This document shows, piece after piece, positions 20,078-30,694 of a stretch of 64,000 bases of DNA. A program made the position numbers and the translations under genes. Source of the DNA: an uncultured Clostridia bacterium. GTDB taxonomy: Bacteria; Bacillota; Clostridia; TANB77; CAG-508. The notes below the pieces were generated by a model. The model did not search any database. It saw only the letters and a list, made by a program, of their open reading frames with translations, and was not told the origin of the DNA. The stretch's first letter is position 1; each line of letters starts with the position of its first letter. The stretch is from NCBI GenBank assembly GCA_934167835.1, contig CAKPLZ010000004.1, forward strand, positions 141-64,140, read 5' to 3'.

Positions 20078-22162
20078 TTATTCTTCCTTTTTAGCTCTAG
20101 AAGCAACAATTGTTTCTAGAATTGATTTTGGAACTTCTTCATAATGAGATGGTTCCATAGCATAAGTTCCTCTACCTTGTGTTTTTGAACGAAGGTCAGT
20201 TGCATAACCAAACATTTCTGCTAGTGGTATGAATGCTCTTATAATTTGCATTCCGTTTCTTGCTTCCATTCCTTCCATTTTTCCACGTCTAGAGTTTACA
20301 TCTCCAATAACATCTCCCATGTATTCTTCTGGAACTGTTATTTCAACTTTCATTATAGGTTCAAGGATAACTGATTTACCTTGTTTACATCCTTCTTTGA
20401 AAGCCATAGATCCTGCAATTTTGAATGCCATTTCTGATGAGTCAACATCATGGTATGAACCATCAACAAGAGTTGCTTTGAAGTCTATAACTGGGTAACC
20501 AGCTAAGATACCGCTTTCAGCAGCTTCTCTAATACCTTCTTCAGTAGGTTTTACGTATTCTTTTGGAACAACACCACCAACGATTTTGCTCTCAAATTGA
20601 ACACCTGAACCTGGTTCTAATGGTTCCATTTCTAGCCATACGTGTCCGTATTGTCCACGTCCACCTGATTGACGAATGAATTTACCTTCAACTCTTACTT
20701 TGTTTCTAATTGTTTCTTTGTAAGAAACTTGTGGTTTACCTACATTACATTCAACTTTGAATTCTCTTTTTAATCTATCAACTATAATGTCTAGGTGTAA
20801 TTCACCCATACCTGCTATAATTGTTTGACCAGTTTCATGATTTGTATATGTTTTGAATGTTGGATCTTCTTCAGCAAGTTTTGCTAAAGCTATACCCATT
20901 TTTTCTTGAGCTACTTTATCTTTTGGCTCAATTGCGATTTCGATAACTGGTTCTGGGAATTCCATTGATTCTAATATAACTGGATGATCTATATCACATA
21001 GTGTATCACCTGTTGTTACATCTTTTAAACCAACTGCTGCTGCAATATCTCCAGAATATACTTTATCTATATCCTGTCTATGATTTGCGTGCATTTGAAG
21101 AATTCTTCCTATTCTTTCTTTTTTATCTTTGTTTGCATTTAAAACTGTTGAACCTGAATCTAATGTTCCTGAGTAAACTCTAAAGAAACATAGTTTTCCT
21201 ACGAATGGGTCTGTTGCAATTTTGAATGCTAATGCTGCAAATGGTTCAGAATCAGATGTTTTTCTTTCTACTTCATTACCATCTAGGTCAACACCTTTGA
21301 TATGTGGTACATCAAGTGGTGATGGCATAAATGCTACAATGTAGTTTAATAATTCTTGAACACCTTTATTTTTGTATGAAGATCCACAGCATACTGGAAC
21401 TATTTTATTTGCTATTGTTCCTTTTCTTAATCCCATTTTGATTTCATCTTCAGAAAGTTCTTCACCTTCTAAGTATTTCATCATTAATTCATCATCTTGT
21501 TCTGCTGCTGCTTCTACCATTTGGCTTCTGAATTTTTCAGCTTTTTCTTTCAAATCTTCTGGAATATCTGTTTCTTCAATAACTTTTCCTAAATCATCTT
21601 TATGGATGAATGCTCTCATTTTTATTAAGTCAACTATTCCTTGGAATGTATCTTCAGCTCCAACTGGTAATTCAACTGGGATTGCGTTTGCATTTAATCT
21701 GCTTCTCATTTGGTCTACACATGCATAAAAATCAGCACCTGTAGTATCCATTTTGTTTACGTAAGCCATTCTTGGAACTTGATATTTATCAGCTTGTCTC
21801 CAAACTGTTTCTGATTGTGGTTGAACTCCACCTTTTGCGCAGAATACTGTTACAGAACCATCTAACACTCTTAGAGATCTTTCAACTTCAACTGTAAAGT
21901 CAACGTGGCCTGGAGTATCAATTATGTTTATTCTATGATTTAACCAGTGACATGTTGTTGCAGCAGATGTAATTGTAATACCTCTTTCTTGTTCTTGTTC
22001 CATCCAGTCCATAGTAGCAGCACCTTCATGTACTTCTCCTATTTTATGTGTTCTACCTGTATAGAAAAGAATTCTTTCAGTAGTAGTAGTTTTTCCTGCA
22101 TCAATATGAGCCATTATTCCAATATTTCTTGTTCTTTCTAATGGGAACTCTCTACCTGCCAT
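20078..22162 (-). CDS. fusA: Elongation factor G.
   Basis: 694 aa, [20 protein letters not shown]... Confidence 0.97.
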   Translation of the reverse strand: MAGREFPLERTRNIGIMAHIDAGKTTTTERILFYTGRTHKIGEVHEGAATMDWMEQEQERGITITSAATTCHWLNHRINIIDTPGHVDFTVEVERSLRVLDGSVTVFCAKGGVQPQSETVWRQADKYQVPRMAYVNKMDTTGADFYACVDQMRSRLNANAIPVELPVGAEDTFQGIVDLIKMRAFIHKDDLGKVIEETDIPEDLKEKAEKFRSQMVEAAAEQDDELMMKYLEGEELSEDEIKMGLRKGTIANKIVPVCCGSSYKNKGVQELLNYIVAFMPSPLDVPHIKGVDLDGNEVERKTSDSEPFAALAFKIATDPFVGKLCFFRVYSGTLDSGSTVLNANKDKKERIGRILQMHANHRQDIDKVYSGDIAAAVGLKDVTTGDTLCDIDHPVILESMEFPEPVIEIAIEPKDKVAQEKMGIALAKLAEEDPTFKTYTNHETGQTIIAGMGELHLDIIVDRLKREFKVECNVGKPQVSYKETIRNKVRVEGKFIRQSGGRGQYGHVWLEMEPLEPGSGVQFESKIVGGVVPKEYVKPTEEGIREAAESGILAGYPVIDFKATLVDGSYHDVDSSEMAFKIAGSMAFKEGCKQGKSVILEPIMKVEITVPEEYMGDVIGDVNSRRGKMEGMEARNGMQIIRAFIPLAEMFGYATDLRSKTQGRGTYAMEPSHYEEVPKSILETIVASRAKKEE

Positions 22163-22189
22163 TAATTTTTTCCTCCTATATTTTAAATT

Positions 22190-22660
22190 TTACCATTTGT
22201 AATGTGCAAATGCTTTGTTAGCTTCTGCCATTCTATGTGTTTCTTCTTTCTTCTTGTATGCTCCACCTGTTTGGTTAACAGCATCAATGATTTCACCTGC
22301 TAATTTTTCAGCCATTGTTTTTTCATGTCTGTTTCTAGCATAAGTTACTAACCATCTTAAGCCTAAAGTTTGTCTTCTTTCAGCTCTTATTTCGATTGGA
22401 ACTTGGTATGTTGCTCCACCTACTCTTCTAGCTTTAACCTCAAGAACTGGCATTATATTGTTAAGAGCTGTCTCAAAAACTTCTAATGCATCTTTGTTTT
22501 CTTTTTCTTTAACTATATCGAATGCATCATATACTATTTTTTGAGCAACTGTTTTTTTACCATCTAACATAATATTGTTTATTAGTTTTGTAACTATTTT
22601 GCTATTATATATTGGATCTGGTAAAACATCTCTTTTTGCTATATATCCTCTTCTTGGCAC
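22190..22660 (-). CDS. rpsG: 30S ribosomal protein S7.
   Basis: 156 aa, [20 protein letters not shown]... Confidence 0.95.
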   Translation of the reverse strand: MPRRGYIAKRDVLPDPIYNSKIVTKLINNIMLDGKKTVAQKIVYDAFDIVKEKENKDALEVFETALNNIMPVLEVKARRVGGATYQVPIEIRAERRQTLGLRWLVTYARNRHEKTMAEKLAGEIIDAVNQTGGAYKKKEETHRMAEANKAFAHYKW

Positions 22661-22813
22661 TTTTCTTCACTCCTTTTTATTAAAATTTCAGATATTTTAC
22701 TTAAAAATATCAAAGTTACTCTGAAAGAGTTCTTCTTTCAGTCAGTGCTAATTTATTTACATAATTTTGTTATATATCTTCATTAACACTTATTTTCTTT
22801 TTACATCCTAGAT

Positions 22814-23227
22814 TTATTTTTTAGGACGTTTTGCACCATACTTAGATCTAGCTTGCATTCTATCTTTAACACCTGCTGTATCTAATGTACCTCTGATAAT
22901 ATGGTATCTAACACCTGGGATATCTTTAACCCTTCCACCTCTTATTAAAACAACACTGTGTTCTTGTAAGTTGTGTCCTACACCTGGAATATATGATGTT
23001 ACTTCATATCCATTTGATAGTCTAACCCTTGCAACTTTTCTTAAAGCTGAGTTTGGTTTTTTAGGTGTAACTGTTTTAACTACTGTACATACTCCTCTTT
23101 TTTGTGGTGATCTTGAATTTGTTTGTCTATTTAACTTTGAGTTAAATCCTTTTTGTAAAGCTGGAGCTGTTGATTTTGTAGTTGATGTTTTTCTACCTTT
23201 TCTTACTAATTGATTAATTGTTGGCAC
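22814..23227 (-). CDS. rpsL: 30S ribosomal protein S12.
   Basis: 137 aa, [13 protein letters not shown]... Confidence 0.95.
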   Translation of the reverse strand: MPTINQLVRKGRKTSTTKSTAPALQKGFNSKLNRQTNSRSPQKRGVCTVVKTVTPKKPNSALRKVARVRLSNGYEVTSYIPGVGHNLQEHSVVLIRGGRVKDIPGVRYHIIRGTLDTAGVKDRMQARSKYGAKRPKK

Positions 23228-23345
23228 TTGTTTTTCACCTCCTAGAAAATAAACATTAACGTTTATTATTATACCACCTTTATAGGCAAAACGTCAAGAT
23301 TTTTTCAAATATTTCTATAATTTTTACCATTTTTAGGTTGTAATT

Positions 23346-24080
23346 TTAATAATATACTTCAACTAGATATAATCCAGATGCTGGTAAGGTTTTCCCTGCT
23401 TTAGTTCGGTCTTTGGCATTTATGATGTCTGGAATTTGATTTGGTGTTATTTTTCCTAGTCCTACATCTACTATTGTTCCAGAAATTATTCTTACCATGT
23501 TATACATAAAGCCATTCCCTGTAAGTTCTATAATTATGCGTTCTCCATCTTGTTTTACTTCTGCTTTATATATTTCCCTAACTGTGCTTTTACCGCTAGT
23601 TCCGCTGGCTTTGAAGCCTTTAAAATCGTGTTTTCCTTCAAAGAACTTTATACCTTCTTGCATTTTTTCTATGTCTAATTTTTGTGGGATATGGCATTCT
23701 AAATCTCTGTATATTGCTGTGCCTTGGTACGAATTATTTATTATATATCTGTATTTTTTACCCTTGCAATTATACCTTGCATGAAAATTTTCCGGAACTT
23801 CTTCTGCTTTTTTTATTACTATGCTTTTCTTTAATTTTGAATTAATTGCTACTGCAAATTTTTCTATGTCTAAATTGCTATTTGTTTTAAAATTTGCAAC
23901 TTGGCCTAAAGCATGAACCCCACTATCTGTTCTCCCTGATGCATTAAGCTCAACATCTTCTCCTGTTATTTGCTTTATAGCCTGTTCAATTTCTCCTTGA
24001 ATATTTAATTCATTTGGTTGTTTTTGCCAGCCACCAAATTTCTTTCCATCATACTCAATTGTAAGTTTAATATTTCTCAT
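23346..24080 (-). CDS. truA: tRNA pseudouridine(38-40) synthase TruA.
   Basis: 244 aa, IEYDGKKFGGWQKQPN...RTDSGVHALGQVANF. Confidence 0.88.
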   Translation of the reverse strand: MRNIKLTIEYDGKKFGGWQKQPNELNIQGEIEQAIKQITGEDVELNASGRTDSGVHALGQVANFKTNSNLDIEKFAVAINSKLKKSIVIKKAEEVPENFHARYNCKGKKYRYIINNSYQGTAIYRDLECHIPQKLDIEKMQEGIKFFEGKHDFKGFKASGTSGKSTVREIYKAEVKQDGERIIIELTGNGFMYNMVRIISGTIVDVGLGKITPNQIPDIINAKDRTKAGKTLPASGLYLVEVYY

Positions 24081-24131
24081 AACATTTTCCTTTCATAAAA
24101 TTAAACGACTTATTTTTAAGTCGTTTGTTTT

Positions 24132-25016
24132 TTATTCTTGTTTTGTTTCTTTTTCTTTTTTGAATGAAAATTTTTTCTTTTCTTCAATCTTTGGCACTAG
24201 ATTTTTTATTAAAATTTGTTTCAATGCTTCTTCCTTTACATCTGCAATTAGTGTTCCATCTTTTGCTACTGAAATTTTTCCAGTCTCTTCTGATACAACT
24301 ACTACAATACTATCAGACTCTTTTGAAATTCCTATTGCAGACCTATGCCTTGTTCCTAAGCTTTTAGAAATGTTTTTATCACTTGCAAGCGGTAGCATAC
24401 ATGCTGCTGCCATGATTTTTCCCTCGCTAATTATAACGGCACCATCATGAAGTGGAGTATTCGGTTGAAAGATATTTACTAATAATTGTGGTGATATTTC
24501 TGCTCCAATTACTACACCTGTATCTATTATATCCTTTAATTTTATGTCTCTTTCAATTACTATTAAGGCTCCTGTTTTATTGTTTGAAAGTTCTTTTGCA
24601 GCAATTGATATTTTATAAATATTTTCTTTGATTTTTGATGCTATATCTTGTTCAATTCCAAAAAATCTATTAATTTTATTTGATCCCAGTTGCTCTAAAG
24701 CACGCCTAAGTTCTGGTTGGAACATCACAATAAGTAAAATAACTCCATAAGTCATAAATGAGGTTAAAATAAAGTTTAGTATTCTCAAATTCAGCAATGA
24801 ACTTAGCATTGTTGCTACTATTAATAGTAAAATTCCCTTAAGAAGTTGAAGGGCCCTTGTCCCTTTAACAACTTGAAAGAATTTAACGGCTATAAAAATA
24901 ACCAATGTAATATCAACAATAAAGGTTACCAGTTCATAAGGGCTATTAACTAAAGAATTGAAATAGTTAGCCAAATCCCATTCCTTTATTGATAATAATT
25001 CTATTCCCTTTAGCAT
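24132..25016 (-). CDS. cdaA: Diadenylate cyclase (CdaA/DacA-type, DisA_N domain) with an N-terminal 3-TM anchor.
   Basis: TGALIVIERDIKLKD...HDGAVIISEGKIMAAACMLPLA...GTRHRSAIGISKESDSIVVVVSEETGKISV. Confidence 0.75.
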   Translation of the reverse strand: MLKGIELLSIKEWDLANYFNSLVNSPYELVTFIVDITLVIFIAVKFFQVVKGTRALQLLKGILLLIVATMLSSLLNLRILNFILTSFMTYGVILLIVMFQPELRRALEQLGSNKINRFFGIEQDIASKIKENIYKISIAAKELSNNKTGALIVIERDIKLKDIIDTGVVIGAEISPQLLVNIFQPNTPLHDGAVIISEGKIMAAACMLPLASDKNISKSLGTRHRSAIGISKESDSIVVVVSEETGKISVAKDGTLIADVKEEALKQILIKNLVPKIEEKKKFSFKKEKETKQE

Positions 25017-25159
25017 TTTTGGTTCCTCCTATTTATTTATTATCATATAGATAAAAGTTATTGATGAACCCAAAACCATTAATGCAGCTAAAAATCCCGC
25101 AAAAATTCTAACAAATAATTTATTTTTCTTATTCATAATACTTCCTCCTTAGCAATATC

Positions 25160-25732
25160 TTATTTGGATAATAATAATTCTCTTTCTCCATTAATAATTG
25201 TCATTATTATTTGTACTGTTTTTTCCAAATCATCATTTTTTAAAACATAATCATATATTCCAATTTTTGATTCCTCATAGTCAAATCTATTTAGTCTTAA
25301 TTCTATTTCCTTGATACTAGCCTTTTCTACCCTATGTTCTAATCTTCTACGAAGTTCTTCTTTTGGAACTCTTAAAAAGATTGTTACGATTTTCATGTCG
25401 TCTTTTAATAATTTTAGTAAGTTTTCAGTTCCATTAACTTCTATATCTTTTACTATTATTTTTCCAGATTTAATCTTTTCATCTAATATTTTTCTAGATG
25501 TTCCATAGTAATGTTCATGATGTACTGAATACTCATAAAATTCATTTTGTTTAATTTTTTCTTCAAATTCAGCTGTTGTGATAAAGTTATAAATTTCTCC
25601 ATCAACTTCACCTTCTCTTGGACTTCTATCTGTATAGGAAGGCATTGATGTTACATTTTCCATTCTCTTTATCAATTCTTTCTTTATTGTATCTTTTCCA
25701 GCTCCTGATACACCTGATAATAATACTAGCAT
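25160..25732 (-). CDS. gmk: Guanylate kinase.
   Basis: P-loop LLSGVSGAGKDT, followed by SYTDRSPREGEVDGEIYNFIT...YYGT. Confidence 0.85.
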   Translation of the reverse strand: MLVLLSGVSGAGKDTIKKELIKRMENVTSMPSYTDRSPREGEVDGEIYNFITTAEFEEKIKQNEFYEYSVHHEHYYGTSRKILDEKIKSGKIIVKDIEVNGTENLLKLLKDDMKIVTIFLRVPKEELRRRLEHRVEKASIKEIELRLNRFDYEESKIGIYDYVLKNDDLEKTVQIIMTIINGERELLLSK

Positions 25733-25932
25733 TCTTTCACCTTTCCTTCGGCAATTTCATTTGCTGCAAGTGTTACTGTTGATCTTTCTTTTACCTTTGT
25801 AAGTGGTATTTGTCCTGCTGCAATTTGTCTTGCTCTTTTAGCAACTAATATTACTAACTCAAATCTGTTATCAACAACTTTTAATAAGTCTGTTACTGTT
25901 GGTTTAATAATCATTTTAACTCTTCCTTTCAA
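25726..25932 (-). CDS. rpoZ: DNA-directed RNA polymerase omega subunit.
   Basis: Small ORF right after gmk with KVVDNRFELVILVAKRARQI. The true start may be the internal Met (MIIKPTV). Confidence 0.8.
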   Translation of the reverse strand: MKGRVKMIIKPTVTDLLKVVDNRFELVILVAKRARQIAAGQIPLTKVKERSTVTLAANEIAEGKVKEC

Positions 25933-25941
25933 ATTTTAAAA

Positions 25942-26205
25942 TTACTCTTCTATATTATCTTCCTTTGTTATGGTTTTGTCAAGTCTTGCTGCAATTGTTT
26001 CTGGTTGTACAGATGATAAAATTACATGACCTGAATCCATAATTAAAACTGCTCTTGTTCTTCTTCCACATGTTGCATCTATTGCTGTTTTTCCATCTTT
26101 TGCTTCTTGTACTATTCTTTTGATTGGTGCTGCCTCTGGGCTGACAATTGAAACTATTTTGTTTGCTGAAACTATATTTCCAAACCCGATATTAACTAAT
26201 TGCAC
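25942..26205 (-). CDS. remA: RemA/YlzA family (DUF370) biofilm/matrix regulator.
   Basis: [32 protein letters not shown]...[26 protein letters not shown]. Confidence 0.8.
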   Translation of the reverse strand: MQLVNIGFGNIVSANKIVSIVSPEAAPIKRIVQEAKDGKTAIDATCGRRTRAVLIMDSGHVILSSVQPETIAARLDKTITKEDNIEE

Positions 26206-26230
26206 TTATATTTCCTCCTTTTTCCAATGC

Positions 26231-27109
26231 TTATTCAATATTTTGTATTTGTTCACGAATATTTTCAAGTTCTGTTTTTATATCTACAACATAATTTGTT
26301 ATTTCCAAATTATTTGCTTTTGAACCTATTGTATTGGTTTCTCTGTTCATTTCCTGAATTAAAAAGTCTATTTTCTTTCCATTACTGCTATTGTCTTCAA
26401 GTAAATTTAAAAATTGTGAAATGTGGCTTTTCATTCTTGTTATTTCTTCTTCTACAGAACATTTATCTGAATAAAGTACTATTTCTTGAGCTAGCCTTGT
26501 TTCATCTACTGTATTGGGCTTTAATAATTCATTTACCCTTTTCTCTAATTTTACTACATATTCTCTTGTAAGTCCAGTAGAAATCGCATTTATCTGATTT
26601 ATTTTTTCGGAAATCTTATATATTCTGCTTTCTAGGTCTTCCTTAATTTTATTTCCTTCAATTTCTCTCATTTCTATAAAGTTTTTAATTGCTTCTTGTA
26701 AACATTTTGTTATCTCTTCTTTTATTAATTCTTCATCTTCTGAAACCATGCTTGTTGTAAGCACATCTGGCATTTTCATCACGTCTATAACTTCAATATT
26801 AGAACCTATATTGGTTTCGCTTGCTAATTTTCGCATTTCTTCAATATATTTTTTTGCAAGTTCTTTATTAATTTCAATGTTTCTTCCTTTATCACTATTA
26901 TTTACAAATGTAATGAAAACTTCGACTTTTCCTCTTGTAATTTGATTTTGAATTATTTTTCTTACATAATCCTCTAAAAAGCTTATGTTTCTAGGCATTT
27001 TAACAGATATATCACTATATCTGTTATTTACTGACTTTATTTCTATTATATATTCCCTAAAGTCTATTTCATACTTAGCTCTCCCATAGCCTGTCATACT
27101 TCTTAACAT
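26231..27109 (-). CDS. YicC/YloC family stress-induced protein.
   Basis: N-terminal MLRSMTGYGRAKYEID and a C-terminal DUF1732-like region. 292 aa. Confidence 0.75.
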   Translation of the reverse strand: MLRSMTGYGRAKYEIDFREYIIEIKSVNNRYSDISVKMPRNISFLEDYVRKIIQNQITRGKVEVFITFVNNSDKGRNIEINKELAKKYIEEMRKLASETNIGSNIEVIDVMKMPDVLTTSMVSEDEELIKEEITKCLQEAIKNFIEMREIEGNKIKEDLESRIYKISEKINQINAISTGLTREYVVKLEKRVNELLKPNTVDETRLAQEIVLYSDKCSVEEEITRMKSHISQFLNLLEDNSSNGKKIDFLIQEMNRETNTIGSKANNLEITNYVVDIKTELENIREQIQNIE

Positions 27110-28072
27110 TTATTTTGTCTCCTTTTTTGTGGTTTTTGCTTGTTTTTTAGTTTTGTTTTCTATTTCTGATTTTGGTTTTCTCCCTCGTTTTTTCTTTTCC
27201 ACATCTATTTTTTCTTGATTTGCTTCTGTTTTGGGTTTTCTGCCTCGTTTCTTTGGCATTATCTCTATTGGTTCTGCTGTTATCTCTACTTTAGGCTTTC
27301 TGCCTCTCTTTTTTGGTGTTTTTTCAACAATTTCTTCTTGTATTTTTTCTTTTACTTCTGATTTTGGTTTCCTGCCTCGTTTCTTTGGCGCAGTCTCTGT
27401 TACCTCTGGTTTCATCTCATTTTTTGGCTTTCTACCTGGTTTTTTCTTTATTTTTGCAGGTTGTTCTTTTTTCTGTTTTATAGTTTCTTCATCTTTTTGT
27501 TTCTTTTCTTCCTCTATTTTTTCCTTTTTTTCATTTCTTTTTTGCTGAGTAATTTCTTGAATTCTATTTTTTTCTTCCTGTGCTTTTACATCTTGGCTTT
27601 CTTTCTTTATAATTTCTGATATATCACTAATTTCACTTAGATATTTATTCTTTTCATTGCAATATAGCTTTATTATTTTAATAACATAATAAACTGTAGT
27701 AAAAGCCATTATTGTAAACAAATACTCATTTCGTAATCTTAAGAAAATGTATGGAGAAAACAAAGCAAATATAGATAAAATCATAATTTCAATTCCTGTC
27801 AGAGCCCATTCTCCACTATCTTTGTGATATGCAATTTCAACAACTATTAGTGAAAAAAGTAACAATACTGCTGAACAAGAACTATATATAATTTTTGTTA
27901 TATTTTTAGATAAAAAGTTTGCTGCTACCATAAATGCAATTACTAATATTAATATAGAAATTCCAATGGCACCATTTGCAATGATTTTATCGCGAATATT
28001 TTTTTTCAAATTTTCTGGTAATTCGCGTTCTTGCTTTATTTCTTCTATATTTTTCAATATATTTTTTTTCAA
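27110..28072 (-). CDS. Membrane protein (about 4 TM) with a lysine-rich coiled region and six tandem AT-hook-like PKKRGRKPK repeats at the C-terminus.
   Basis: KKPGRKPK / PKKRGRKPK repeated six times at about 22-aa spacing. The underlying DNA repeats are visible at about 27130..27480. Confidence 0.55.
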   Translation of the reverse strand: MKKNILKNIEEIKQERELPENLKKNIRDKIIANGAIGISILILVIAFMVAANFLSKNITKIIYSSCSAVLLLFSLIVVEIAYHKDSGEWALTGIEIMILSIFALFSPYIFLRLRNEYLFTIMAFTTVYYVIKIIKLYCNEKNKYLSEISDISEIIKKESQDVKAQEEKNRIQEITQQKRNEKKEKIEEEKKQKDEETIKQKKEQPAKIKKKPGRKPKNEMKPEVTETAPKKRGRKPKSEVKEKIQEEIVEKTPKKRGRKPKVEITAEPIEIMPKKRGRKPKTEANQEKIDVEKKKRGRKPKSEIENKTKKQAKTTKKETK

Positions 28073-28098
28073 ACTCTTTTCATTCCCTTCTCTTATGT

Positions 28099-28839
28099 TT
28101 ATTCCAATTCATATATTATAATGCTGCTTGTAACAATTCCAGCTGTTTCAGTTCTTAAAATTCTATTTCCTAAGGTAATAGTCTTGGCGCCATTTTGTTC
28201 TAGGCTTTTTACTTCGGCATCTGTAATTCCACCTTCTGGACCAATAATTATTCCTACTTTTAGGTTTTCAGCCTTTTTTAATTTTTTTAGTACATTTTTT
28301 AATGTATTTCTATGTTCATTCTCATAAGCTAATAATACTATATCATATTTTTTAATTAAATTCAAAAGATTTTGAAAATTTAATACATTTTCCACTTTCG
28401 GAATAATATCTCTACCACTTTGTTTAGCTGCAGTTTCAGCAATTTTTTCCCATCTTTCAATTTTTTTATTAGCTGTTTTACTATCAAATTTCACTATGCA
28501 TCTTTCCATTTGAACTGGAACAAACTCTTTTACTCCTATTTCTGTGCATTTTTGAATAATAAATTCCATTTTTTCAGCTTTTGGCAATCCCTGAAACACA
28601 GTAATATATGTATTTGTTTCTGTTTTTGATGCAGTAGTTTTTATAATTTTACATTCTATTTTTTCTTTTTCTATTTTTTTTATTTGGCACAAAAAATTAT
28701 CAGATGTGTCTATATTGCAAATGTTTAATTCATCTTCAATTTGTTTTCTTAAAACATTTGCAATATGATTCACATCTTCGCCAATTATTGTTATCTTATC
28801 ATTTTCAATTTGACTAGATTTTATAAAAAATTTTGGCAT
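28099..28839 (-). CDS. rsmE: 16S rRNA (uracil1498-N3)-methyltransferase RsmE.
   Basis: MPKFFIKSSQIEND...IIGPEGGITDAEVK, the typical RsmE/YqeU architecture. Confidence 0.85.
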   Translation of the reverse strand: MPKFFIKSSQIENDKITIIGEDVNHIANVLRKQIEDELNICNIDTSDNFLCQIKKIEKEKIECKIIKTTASKTETNTYITVFQGLPKAEKMEFIIQKCTEIGVKEFVPVQMERCIVKFDSKTANKKIERWEKIAETAAKQSGRDIIPKVENVLNFQNLLNLIKKYDIVLLAYENEHRNTLKNVLKKLKKAENLKVGIIIGPEGGITDAEVKSLEQNGAKTITLGNRILRTETAGIVTSSIIIYELE

Positions 28840-28842
28840 ATT

Positions 28843-30651
28843 TTACCTTTCTTCACCTTCTGCTTGTTTTGTTTTTATTTTTTGTTTTCTTTTTTCCTCA
28901 TCCTGTTGTTTTATGGTGCTGTTAATAGATGAATTTGTTGCATCTCCACCTAAAATGTATCTTTGTTCTTTTTCTTCTGCTGTCATTAATCCCTCTGCTT
29001 GAAGCATGCTTAGTAGAAAATCATTTGTTGCTTCACCAATGTATACTGCAACTTTCATTCTTGCTATACATTCACTATAAGTTAGTAATCTCATCTTTTC
29101 TAATTCTTTTTCTTTTTGGGCAAGTTCTTTTGCTGATGCATTTGGATACATTTTTTTCACTTTTAAGTGAAATTGTTTTTTGCTTTCATTTGGGCTCCAC
29201 ATAATTTCTTCTAAAAGGCTACTAATACATTTTTTCTTTGTATTAGTATCAAATACTATTTTGCCTTCTCTTTCTTGCTTTCTTAATTTACCTATTTCTT
29301 CTTCAAATCTTGCTCTTCTTTCTGTTACATTATTTTTTTCACCTTTTAAAACATCATCGTATTCATCTAGCAAATTTTGAATTATTCCCTTTTTTACTAT
29401 TTCCCTATAAATTTTTTCTACTTTTTCTGATTTTCGTACTGTAAATTTCTTATGCATCTTTTTAAAATACTTTGTAAATACATCACTTTGGTCAATTGAT
29501 GTGTTCTCATAGTCTATAAAAGCTTTAGAATACTTTTCTATAAGCATTTCTATTCTTTCAGGCAATATGTCGTTTATTTTTCTTAAGCTTGGTTTTACGG
29601 CTTTTTCGTAATTTAGATTTCTTAGTTCATACATATTATTTGCCATGCTTTCGCTCATTCTTATGCCATCAATATCACGTGAATTTTTCACTAAATCATC
29701 TCTTAATTTTCTTGTTATCCACGCAACTATTCTATCTTTTTTCCCTCCGATGCTTCCCCATTCATCTAATTTATCCTTTGTAAGGCCCATTTTTATGAAT
29801 AGTTTTTCATAGTCTTTATCATCCACATTAACAGTTTCTTTAATTATTCCATCTCTAAAGTCTTTTGCCACATAAGATATTGGATCACAAAATAATACTA
29901 TTGCCCCTTCTTTAGTTCTATTTTGAGTTTTTCTATCTAGTCCTTTTTTTACAAATGTCATAATATATTCAGAATTTACATCTTCATCAGTTTTAGTTCT
30001 ATTAACTTTGACTTCATGTTGTGTGCCTTCTCCATTATGGCAAACTGCAATGTCAGAAATGGTTAAGAAAGCTGAATTATAAGTATTTTTTTCCTCTTCT
30101 GTTAGTTTTCTCCCTTTCTGTTCTTCTAATCTTTCTAATGTTTTTTCGTGTACGCCTTCAATTTCTAATAATAATCTTGCAAGTGAACTATGGTGTACTT
30201 CGCAAATTCCTTGCTTTTGTAAGTATGTAGATAAGAAGTGCTCTCCTTCATGTGCAAAAGCTGTGTGTGCTATATCGTGAATCAAGCCTCCTACATAGGC
30301 CAAATCTTCATTTAGTAATAATTCTTGTGCTGCAATTTGAGCATTTAAAGCTGTATCTTGAACATGTAGTCCTCTTGTGTTAGCATGTCCTTCAATTCCT
30401 GGATTTTTTTCTGATGACATATTCTTTTGTTGCATTCTTATCCATGCTTTTGAATACTGAACTATTACTTCCTTAAAAACAGTCAAATAATCATCTGGAA
30501 TATATGTTGCAAATTTTGAATGTTCCAAATAGAATAAATTCTTCTTTCTAAAGTTTCTTATCATTTCCTTCATTTTTAATGCAGTTTTTGATTCTTTTGT
30601 AAAAACATCATTTTCATATCCTTGGTTTGTACTGTTTTTAAGATTCTTCAT
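28843..30651 (-). CDS. HD-domain dGTPase-like (dNTP triphosphohydrolase family) protein, extended 602-aa form.
   Basis: LIHDIAHTAFAHEGEHFL matches the Dgt-family metal-binding motif H..HD.GH.PF.H.GE. It has a long lysine/glutamate-rich C-terminal extension. Confidence 0.6.
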   Translation of the reverse strand: MKNLKNSTNQGYENDVFTKESKTALKMKEMIRNFRKKNLFYLEHSKFATYIPDDYLTVFKEVIVQYSKAWIRMQQKNMSSEKNPGIEGHANTRGLHVQDTALNAQIAAQELLLNEDLAYVGGLIHDIAHTAFAHEGEHFLSTYLQKQGICEVHHSSLARLLLEIEGVHEKTLERLEEQKGRKLTEEEKNTYNSAFLTISDIAVCHNGEGTQHEVKVNRTKTDEDVNSEYIMTFVKKGLDRKTQNRTKEGAIVLFCDPISYVAKDFRDGIIKETVNVDDKDYEKLFIKMGLTKDKLDEWGSIGGKKDRIVAWITRKLRDDLVKNSRDIDGIRMSESMANNMYELRNLNYEKAVKPSLRKINDILPERIEMLIEKYSKAFIDYENTSIDQSDVFTKYFKKMHKKFTVRKSEKVEKIYREIVKKGIIQNLLDEYDDVLKGEKNNVTERRARFEEEIGKLRKQEREGKIVFDTNTKKKCISSLLEEIMWSPNESKKQFHLKVKKMYPNASAKELAQKEKELEKMRLLTYSECIARMKVAVYIGEATNDFLLSMLQAEGLMTAEEKEQRYILGGDATNSSINSTIKQQDEEKRKQKIKTKQAEGEER

Positions 30652-30694
30652 TGAAAGCGCTCCTTTACTTATTCTTATACTTTTTATAACCTTT

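Noticed and set aside
27231-27548. Plus-strand 105-aa ORF (MGFLPRFFG...) over the repeat region of 27110..28072.
   Set aside because: It is an antisense reading of the KKRGRKPK repeat DNA. Its repetitiveness is inherited from the sense-strand gene.
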